This document shows positions 54,126 to 64,000 of a DNA stretch of 64,000 nt, piece after piece. The position numbers and the translations under genes are program-made. The notes beneath the pieces were generated by a model that ran no database searches, was not told where the DNA came from, and saw only the letters and a program-made list of their open reading frames with translations. The DNA comes from Sphagnum compactum (Eukaryota), in the NCBI GenBank assembly GCA_965153455.1, contig OZ234494.1:12462001-12526000 (forward strand). The letters are read 5' to 3'. Position 1 is the stretch's first letter, and each line of letters starts with the position of its first letter.

Positions 54126-56644
54126 ATGGCACCCAGGGCTCCAGTGACTTCACCACCTGCCCGCAACAACAATAACAACGACGACGACGACGACAACAGC
54201 AACAACAATCCGCGTGTGCGCAAATCGTATACCATGAGTAAGCATCGTGAAGGGTGGTCCAAGGCGGAGAACAGCCGATTCATCGAGGGCTTTTTTCTGT
54301 GAGTCTTTTTTTTTTTTCCCTTCCCCAAAACTAAAATCATTGTTGTTGTAATAAACAAGCTTGCACATGATCATGTTGTTTCTCATGTGGGTTTCTCGAT
54401 CCCATTGTTTTCATGCACTACTTATGCTGCTTTTGATTTGTGTGAGGTCCCTGAGGACTTCGTGAGGCAGGGTCAAAAGAACCCATTCATTGACTACTAC
54501 TACTACTAGTGTCGATGATACAGGTACAAAAGAGACTGGAAGAAGATTCAATCACATGTGGCCACCAAGAGCATCATCCAGGTAGCACCCCAGCTGACCA
54601 TCTACTCATATAATTATATAGTATCAAAGGAAGCTTGAAGATCACCATGCACGAAGAATTTGGGGATCGGTAACGAACAAATTCATGGTCATCTCTTGTT
54701 GGCTAAAGAAACAAACAAACATGGAGCAGTACAACAAACTTGTGATCTTATATGGCTCAGGAGCGTTGCCAGGTCCATGGACGATGATCAATTTGCGTAC
54801 TATATATTATATTCTAGACAGATGGATCGAGCCTGCACCAATGCTTTTTCATCAGTTTCTCCACTTATGAGTTGTTGTTGATGAAGATAGTGTGCGTGCA
54901 ATTTTTTATTTTTTTGTTGGGTGTTGCAGATTCGGAGTCATGCACAGAAGTTTATCCTCAAGTGTGAGAGAGAGGGCATGGGACACTTGATTCCTCCTCC
55001 GCGGCCCAAACGCAAGGCTTTGCATCCATATCCACATAAGACTCCAACAAAAAAAGCAGCTGGTAGATTTCATTTTTGACTATATTGCCATCCTGTGTGT
55101 CTTTGGATCACGTGTCATCATGTGTCTTTGAGGTTGGACTCTGGAGTTTAGGAACTTAAAGATTTTATTTTTTGATAAGAGCCCTGGTGCATAAAAAAAT
55201 CAACATGGTTTTACAGAATTTGTTTGCAAAGACTCACACATTACTATTATTTGTGTTGCAGTGAGAATTGATGAGGAGGAGGAGGAGACTCAAGGAGGAT
55301 CTGGATACATGGTGATCCCCTATGATCATCCAGAATTCATCTCTGACCTGAGTGCCAACTCCAGTTTTCAGAGAGCCAGCCCCAGTCTCCCCAATGGGTC
55401 TGACAACAATGGCATCCAGCCCCATGATGCTTGGCAAGGTACAATTGAACTATGTACAATGAATGGCTCACCATGTACAGTTGAAACACATGAGTCTGTG
55501 GAAAACTTCCTTTTTTTCAAAAATGGAAACTCATTTGTAACTATACTGGATTGTCCAGACTGAAAAAAAGGTTCAAGGATGGATCTCCCATCCTCCTAGG
55601 ACTCCTCAACCAAGTTGAGTAGATTTGGTGTTCTACTATGATGCCACTTCTTCTTCACTACTACAGTGGGTGGTGGTGGATTTGGGTGACTTGGCCCAGA
55701 TTCAATTGATTTCTCCAAGGTATATGCTTTCCTCAGCACCTTGCTTCATTGTGTCATGATTCCTGGCGATTACCTTGGCAGGAGGCTGAAGCAAATGTGC
55801 TCAATTGAACAAGCAATTGTATGCCCTTCTTACTGAACCTCCTTCTGTCATTTCTAGTTCTTGTTTGCACATGTAGATGTAGTCAGCTGGACTCAACAAA
55901 TGGAAATTGGCATGTGCACAACTGCTGAACCTCACTAGTATTTATTAAAGATGTTCTTGTTGATTGGAGAAGCCAAACCCTAGAATGATCTAAAGATCTA
56001 TTTCTCCAAGACAGGTGTACTCTGCATCATATGTATCACATGACATGGTTTGGATTGAGAAGCACAGATTGCGGGTCAAGTCAAAGAAGCTAGTACTGCA
56101 TGTAAAAACTCTTAGTGCACCATGTATAATTTGATAGATCTAAGGAGAGAATTTATCCCAGTTCCTAATTTTATGATTTTGGTCACATGTGCAGACCCTC
56201 CGCTTGTTGAGAAACATTGTGAAAAGTATGGAGCCAATGCACTTCAAGGCTTGGGTAAGGTCCCCACCCCGATTGAAGTATTTGCATTCAATGATGATCA
56301 GAAATTGAGTCCTCTTTGAATTTTGATTCTAGTTTGTGAAGATTGATCTTTGTGTCTCTTTGTGATAGAATTAGAAGTGTTGCACTATGTACTTAAGGAG
56401 ATTCTTCGTGCTGTTTTTGGAACAGATTGAGGTGTTAAACGGACTTCATGAGATGCATTTGATGATGGATGGCCCAGCAGCAGACCCCAAATTTGTACCA
56501 GAGGCGAGTTTTGAAGCAGACAGCAATGATCCCTTGGAGGTTGAGACCAATTTGTGGGACAGGATGATCTTTGGGGAGGAGGGTAACAACAGTATGATGG
56601 TAGAAACAAATTTATGGGCTGAGACTGAAATTGGCGTAGCATGA
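54126..56644 (+). CDS. CCA1/REVEILLE-like single-repeat MYB transcription factor with LCL domain (RVE4/6/8 clade-like); exons 54126-54298, 54524-54581, 54930-55062, 55262-55438, 55700-55818, 56195-56254, 56426-56644 (312 aa)
   Basis: [14 protein letters not shown]...[25 protein letters not shown]...[17 protein letters not shown], and LCL-like [12 protein letters not shown]...[19 protein letters not shown]. Exons are in phase (939 nt); the 3' exons are less certain. Confidence 0.88.
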
Positions 56645-58959
56645 CCTTGAGAGCAATCAATCTACCATATTGGTAGACCTGAGACAATGCATTCTTTGTC
56701 TCTAGCAACAAATTGTCTGATATGAAAGAGGCATTCAGAGATCATGATTGAACATCGTTTCAATGCCTAAGAAGGAAACCTTTCAAACATGTCTGCAAGC
56801 TCCCTGAGCCAGTTTCAGGAAAGCTTTGAGAAGAAAGCTAACTAGACAAGGTTGGGAGATGCCACATTACAAAATGTGATTAAACCTCTGAGGTGTGAGT
56901 AGGGTCAACACTTCACAAACTGGAAAAGACAAATGCATGCCAAAATGTACGGCCAGGCAAAGTTCCAGACATTATTCAAATGTACCGTTTGATCATGGAA
57001 TAAATGTTTGATTATCGCACCTGAAATGATTTACACTCTGAAGTTAGAAATCTTAAACACTTTTGCAAAAGAAGAAATGCTCCCCAGATCCAGATCTGTT
57101 CTGAAAAAAAATTGCAATCTCTGTGGCTGCAAGAGAAAATATGGCCATTTTAGAAGGGAAACAATGTTGAGGGGGACATGATCATGTGTGGCCCATGGTC
57201 TTGTATCATCTTTCAGCTGCACCTCCCAAGCCTTGAGATCCAAATTGGACATTAGTGTGGACTGTGGACCAATGCACCAACAGATCATAAGGTGAAGCTC
57301 CCATACCAGCTGTAAGATTGGTGGAGACCATTGTGTTTTAGGCAGCACCAAGAGTATTATATCAGAACCATCACATTTATAAACTAAAAAATGCTCCCAT
57401 GTAGGACTTACATAGTGTCAGTTGTCTGTCTCTTCTTGTCAGGGTTTTTTTAGGCATCTTCTGAGGTAAGCACAAACTTCAATGGTTGGACATCAAGGGG
57501 CAATCATGTGGGTGCTGGGTTGTCCCTAATATCCCAAGGAAGACTTTATGCACTCCTTTATTGGATTCACACAACTAGTGAGAACCAGCTCACAAAAGAG
57601 CAACCTCTCTATTGAAGATCCAGCCAAAGCTTCCACATCTTTGGACCTTTCTTTACCTTGGCCTGCGTATGCTCTCATCAAGCTTTTGGATACGAGGCAA
57701 TGTTGTGCACTCTGGGGCATAGTCCAGGAAAACTCAAACCCACTGAATCCAAGCAACAAAATATGCAGCACAAAAAAATAACTTCAGCTAGATCCGTAAG
57801 TCCTGGATCACAATCTGAACATGGAACAAATAAGACAGTTCCAGCCTTCAAAGAAACCTGTATATGCAAGGGAAACATTATCATGAGCAATTGGAGCAAT
57901 CTAACAGTTAAACCTAAATAGTCAGACTTGTGAGCCCATGACAAGTCTACGAGATGAGAAAGATTATATAGATAACCTTGTCCATACATCATTACTTTGT
58001 ATAATAAGATTGACATTGAAGAGATCTTTGTTTGGTCTTTTTGTTTTAGTAGGTGTTTTTTCAGATTTAAAAAACCTTCCTTAGGCCAATTTGTTGATGT
58101 AAATTTCATTGCAAACTTCATTGCACGAGAACACATGCAAAATGAAAGATGAACCAACTTATGCATAACAAGACTTGAAAAGAGATTTTCTTTTCATGAA
58201 TGTGACTAGTGAAGCTAGTAGCTACTAAATAGTTAATCTCCTCAATCTTCATCACTTGAGTCATCGTGTTCATTTCCCCACAAGCAAGAACTCCTCCTCT
58301 TCCTCCTATAGGTTCATAAACTCCTCTACTTCCTCTAACTCCTTCAACTTTTCATTAGATTTTTGGTACCTTCTGAATGTTCTACCTTCCTACAACAATT
58401 GTCAAAATCAATTTTGAAAACACAATCATTTTGTGAAGTTATCATAGTTGCATCTATGAAAACCAAAATGTGTTAGTAAGCAAGTTACATATAAAGCTCA
58501 TTGAAGTGATCATGCTTTTGAGGTTGTGTGTGTCATCAACGGACATATCAATGCCTTTTATTTCCACATCCTTGCTCTCATCATCTCCTTTCCAAGCCTT
58601 GAGTATTTCACCATCTAGTCCATCCATGTCATTGCAAAGTTGAATAACGAATTAACAAGCCAAAGTACCAAGTTTGAAGCAAATCAATACACTTGGCGAA
58701 CATTGACCCCATTCTATTCAAGATTTGTGTGAAGCTTGAAAATTCAATTCGTGGATTCATGTCATGTTATGCTCCTTTGAAGATTGAAGTCTTTCAAGAC
58801 ACTTAGAATGATGAATTTGTCATGTGACATGTTCTATATCATGATTATCATCTCATGTGATGGTCATGACCAATGTTGTGTGAGTGTATCTTTAACCCAA
58901 ATATACCCATCAAATATGAATAGGGTATATTATTTACTCTATTTTTTTTTCCCGAGAAA

Positions 58960-58961
<2 letters not shown>

Positions 58962-59000
<39 letters not shown>
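58962..59000. repeat. (TA)n microsatellite
   Basis: Directly visible. Confidence 0.95.
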
Positions 59001-59003
<3 letters not shown>

Positions 59004-61131
59004 TGATGTGCATATTGGGGGTATGTAATTTTTAAAAACTATACCCTATTCATACCTTTGGATATATGCAAAATACGTATGTACTAAGGAGGGGTGCCAA
59101 AAATGCGTGTCAAAAATCTAGGTAAGTTAGCCATGAAACCTATAAATATCAAATTTTGATTTGGGCGTGTTTTCAATCCCACTAATCTATTGGAATGTGT
59201 TGGTGCCAATTTTGCCAATTTGTGAAATTTGATACTCACAAATTAAGCATACAATGAATGACCAATCCACACAAATCTCACAATTTTTTTTAGTTGCAAC
59301 ATTTGATGTGTGTGTATGTTTAGCATTAGATAATTCAGCTCCATGGTTCATTAAGCAAATCAAAGGTTTTTAAAACTTGTTGGTGCATATTTAGGAAGGA
59401 TCAAACTTGCATGAAGCCCCTTACATGGGTTTCTTACACTACTTAAGCAAGTGGGCCAAATAAATAACAAAGAAAAATCAAATAGCCCCAAGAAACTGCC
59501 CAAAACAAAAAGGGGTGTCTTACAGTACACAATGCATATACAAACCAATTGTGTTCTAAAAATAAATGAAAAATACATAAACAAGCAAATTAAAGAAAAA
59601 AGGGAGGCAAAGAAAAAAAAAAAAAACAAAGAAAAAATGGTCATGGTTCACTATACATAAAAAAACCAAGTAGGCCAAAAAAATGAGGAAAAAAAAGTAA
59701 TAAAAGAACTAATTAAAGTTTTGGTTAATTTAAAGTATGTTTAGACTAGTGTTGGGCAGTTCTCACATTTCTGTGAGAATTGCCCAATTTCGATTTTCAC
59801 AAATGTAATAATAGTTGGTTTTCACATTCGATTCTTACAACCCAATTATTGAGTTTTTTTGTTTTTTTTTTTTTTTTTTGCACCCCAAATTAGGGGATAA
59901 ATTAAAACCTGAAGTAAATAATTTTTTTGATGAAAATGCCAAAAGAAAAGGCTCTATGATTTGCATAAAGGACTTTTTTGAAAAAATCCCCAAGAAATCG
60001 TCATTTTTGAAAAACATTAAATGAAATTTGACATTTTAAATTTTCAACATAGGTGTTCCTGCATTGCTAATTATAAGCAAGAATTTATAAAAACTCTTTT
60101 CTCCCTTTTGGTGGGTGTTTTGATAAAGTTTTGCAAGGTTTCATCAGTTTGTGTTGTTCACTAGAGCACTTGGCTATTAAATGTTAAATCTATCTATAGA
60201 TTTTCATAAACACAAGTACTTCATAAATTTGAAAAAAAACCCAATACCTTACATCCTAGACCTATGGACATTTTTTTTCTTTCAACACAATGTCGAATTT
60301 TGCACCACAAAGCTCCAACAATTTCATTCATTTCCATTTTCTTTTTTTCCTCAAGCTCTCTAATCAATTTTTTTTTGTTGTGCATCTGTTTATAGTTTTT
60401 GTTTGCTAGTTTGTTTTCAAGGGTTTTTTTAATTATAGTTGTTTCTTGCATAATGCGAAGTTTTTTACGTCTATTCACAAAGTTTTTTCAAATTTTTTTT
60501 CCTATTTTCTTTTCTATGTTTTGCATGTTCACACATGTTTATTCTAAGGTTTTGTTTTCAAGGTTACTTTGAGGTCCGGTTGTTGTTTCTTGCATGGCAC
60601 CAAGTTTTTATCTTCCAAAAATGTCATTGGGTGGACCACTAGGAATGTCACACCTTGATTTTCCTAGACCCATTGAACTTTGCAAAATCATAAGAAACAT
60701 TTAAATAAAAACTTTCATAATTATTTTTAAATGAGTACATATATTAGGTTCTATAGATTTTGAAATTTCAATAATATCAAAAATATTGTGTATTCTGATG
60801 TTCCTAATCATTGTATTTAAAAAACATTTCAAGAATGTAACGCATGGCCACCTTCCCTTCAACTTTTTGGTCAAGAACACAAATTTGAAACATGAATTGA
60901 AATGTTTCTTGAGAATTTTTTTCCTCGGGTAATTTGGAAGTCATTTTATTTTTAAATTTTTATTAGGCACTTAATTGAATAAGTATAATTTAGTTATGAA
61001 TTTCCAAAGTTAAAACTATCAATTTTTGAAGGGGCCATTTTAATTAGGAAAAAAAAAAATTTAACAATTTTCAATTTTTTTATTTTGAAATAAACTTCAA
61101 GCCATATATTTGTGCATGCAATTAATAAACA

Positions 61132-61134
<3 letters not shown>

Positions 61135-61167
<33 letters not shown>
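61135..61167. repeat. (TA)n microsatellite
   Basis: Directly visible. Confidence 0.95.
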
Positions 61168-61170
<3 letters not shown>

Positions 61171-61599
61171 GTGAAAACATTTAAAATAAAGGGCCCAAGA
61201 AAATGATTTGTGCGTTTTTGGTTCCACCCAAGGATGTTTTCTCCTTGTTTCAAAACGTTCTCAGATCTTTCGTTCCCAATGTTGCTCTTACACATCACCA
61301 TTTTTCTATGGTTTTTGCAATTACAAATCATCACCTTTTTTTTTTCTACCATGGAATCCTTGAAGTTAAATCTTCTTTGCAATTCATTTTGTTTATGTTG
61401 TGTTGCAAATGTAAGAACATTTGCATTTGTGTTTTCACATCAATAGTGATTCAATATAATTGATGGAAGACTTTTGACAATCTTAATGTAGATATTTTTT
61501 TGCAGCCATGAAAAATGTTGTCATTTTACATCAATAAATGATATTTTGTAATTTTGATCTTTTGCTAAACAAAAAAGTCGGTGAATAATAGGTGAAAGC

Positions 61600-62540
61600 T
61601 CAAAGTACCACATAGTATTCACATTTCCTCATGACATGGTATGACAATTACAAGTGGGTGGAACACACCTAAATTATTAGCAAAGTTGTTTTTCAATTGA
61701 CGAAGAAACTATGACCTTTAAATGGAAAAGTTAAACACTAAGTATTAATTTGCATACCTGTCGAGATTTGATGAAATGTTATTATTGGCTTTTGAAGAGG
61801 AGATGCACTATGGTACAACATTTTTCATTTCTATATATGACAATTTAACAAGTTTCAACGATTAATATGGTTCTTCATGAAATTATTTATGTGGTCAACA
61901 TGTTTTCAAAAATCAAGTTCAATGGTTAGAAATGGATGATCTTTCTTAAGTCATGGCAAGTTTTTAAAGATTATGTGGTTTTCTTTTAGTTCATGATGTA
62001 ATTGATTACATGCAAATTCATATTTTGAAACCAAGTCGAAGTCATGGAGTTTGTAGCTACAAGTAATGGTTGATCATCAAAGGTGGTTTCAAAATGTATT
62101 TGCTAGCATGCCAAATTTTATGAACGATTTCCAAAGTTTATAATTGTCAAACCTTTACTAAAGAAAAATCTTTCATGGTTTATTCAATTCTAAAGAGGGA
62201 TTTCAAAATGAGATATCCATTACATCTTGGGGGGTAAGGGTTACCCACTTCTACCTTGGTTCATGATCCCTCAAAAGAAACCAACGAATATGAAGCACAT
62301 TATTTTGGAAGTTATCTTCAACATACAATTGTATAGGGGGAGGAGTGTCATGGAGAATATGTTTAAGATTTTGGAGAAGACAATCAAAGAATTGTTACTT
62401 AAAAGCAACTTGCATGTTCTTTTCCTTCTTGATGTTGTTTCATGTTGTTATATGTTGCCAAATTTGATATTAGATGGAAGAGATGTAAACATAGATGCAT
62501 TGATGTTACAATTGGAACAAGAAAACCAATAATTAAATCT
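61600..62540 (+). mobile_element. Degenerate PIF/Harbinger DDE transposase (HARBI1/DDE_Tnp_4-like) relic
   Basis: YILGGKGYPLLPWFMIP...FN...GRSVMENMFKILEK matches the Harbinger GDxGYPL...FN...R..VE..FG.LK region. The catalytic D is lost and there are stops and frameshifts upstream. The 5' boundary is approximate. Confidence 0.75.
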
Positions 62541-63639
62541 TTGAGGCGGAAGGAGACAATAACAAGACAAAATTAGGATTGAGATCCATTGAGGTAGAAG
62601 TTACATTAGAAGGTAATGAAATTTTAGGATCAAACCAACAACTTGTTTGTCGAACATTTCTTGGAAACAAAAGGTCACACAGAGAATGAAAAACTTGTGG
62701 GGTCCAAATTGAATTTCATGTTGAAAATTGAAATTGAAATGTGCTTTTAAAAATCAAATTGTTTTGAATGTTGAATATTGCCTTGAAAATATGAATTGGA
62801 ATTTTTTTCAAAAATCAAGTTTTTATTACTATGACTATTACAATACTACTTATTGAAGTTGGCCATCATTGTTGTTGCCTTGAAAATCTAAATTGGAATG
62901 TGTTTTCAAAAATCAAATTACTACTACTACTACTCGTTGGAATTACAGCTCACTGTTGCTCATTAGAATTGTTACATTTTGTGGTTTCTTATAAAATGAG
63001 AATTCAAAAAAAGCAATTGATGAAGGCATGAATGTCTTGTCTTTGATGAAGATACGATACATTATAGTGTTCAAGTTTGACAAAACATTACCATGTTTTT
63101 GCTCAACTTGTGTTTTTCCTTGTATTTATTTTTCAAGTACTTTGTTTTTCCCTTGTCAATGTCCAATTGAATTACATTGATCGGGTCCATTACCTAAAAA
63201 ATTACCTTGTTATTATTGTCCATTGCCTCAAATGTGCATGAAAACAAATGTGCATTTCCTTTTTGCACCAATGTTCCTAAAAGTTGTTATTGTTGTAGTT
63301 GTTGGTTATTTTGTGCCTTTCATAGGTGGTGTACAATTTTGAATTCCATTTTTAATAATGATGATTGGAGGACAACAAGGTTGGCTAAAGCCGAAGGATG
63401 TCCATGTCAAATGGTTGTCAAAGTGTATGACATTATTTGGATTAATGTTTCCCTAATTAAAATCATGACCAAATTTTTGTTAATTTTCTTGGTTATTTTC
63501 AAGAACATCATTGTCCCCACACACATCTTGCATGAATGACCTTAGAGGGACATTTTCTTCTTGTACTTCTCTTGACTATACATAAATGCATTGCTTGGTG
63601 CTTGCAAATTCTACACATACTTTGATGTATTAACATTCC

Positions 63640-63903
63640 TTTTCCCTTGAAAAACTTTGATAGCATTGTAACATTCCTCATTAAACAACATTGGCAAATG
63701 AATTTTTTTTTTTTTCCAACACTCATCTCCCAATAAGAAGTGTTATGATTTATACCTTTATGATAGTTTACAATTTTCTTGTAATCGTTATTAAGACAAT
63801 TCCATTTGTCTTTACACCTCTTGTTGTTGCATGCAATTTTTGATCTTGTAATTATTTGTAGTTTTTCAAAAAAATCGGTGCATCTTTGTGCTAGAAGATT
63901 CAA
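63640..63903 (-). mobile_element. Degenerate Myb/SANT (trihelix-like) DNA-binding ORF of the same PIF/Harbinger element
   Basis: RCKDKWNCLNNDYKKIVNYHKGINHNTSYWEMS is trihelix/Myb-SANT-like. It lies convergent to the transposase, consistent with two-gene Harbinger organisation, and is frameshifted. Confidence 0.65.
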
Positions 63904-64000
63904 ATTTGCTTTTGGATTGAAATTCTACTTCAGGGTGTTGTGCTCTTTGTGTTTGTAGTTAATCAACTCAAAGACATTGTCTTGACTCTAGTTTGAATTG

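Noticed and set aside
55559-55699. Extra MYB exon using acceptors at ~55558 or ~55666
   Set aside because: Both introduce an in-frame stop in the required phase; the acceptor at 55699 keeps the frame into the LCL domain.
57000-58900. Minus-strand ORFs of 81-162 aa, possible gene or TE relic
   Set aside because: Fragmented, with no family motif I can name.

Overview
Eukaryotic land-plant DNA: GT-AG introns, TTTAGGG telomere-type repeats and plant gene families. The gene content suggests a non-flowering plant such as a moss, which is my inference only. Five protein-coding genes can be reconstructed by hand with phase-consistent exons. (1) A 5'-truncated P-type cation ATPase with prokaryote-like membrane motifs (+, 1-3333). 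(2) An unusual membrane protein with signal peptide, EF-hand, SAM, FN3, a likely TM segment and a FYVE-like zinc finger, whose EF-SAM module closely resembles the animal ER Ca2+ sensor STIM (-, 6469-11326). (3) An intronless LSD1-type zinc-finger gene (-, 22905-23522). (4) An 11-exon CAX cation/H+ exchanger (+, 45576-49951). (5) A divergent RVE8/LCL-type single-MYB factor (+, 54126-56644). Intergenic DNA (about 14-21 kb, 24-43 kb and 57-64 kb) holds MITE-like and foldback elements, hAT and PIF/Harbinger relics, tandem duplications and microsatellites. The top candidate for novelty is the STIM-like protein. All homology calls come from motif recognition; no database searches were run.
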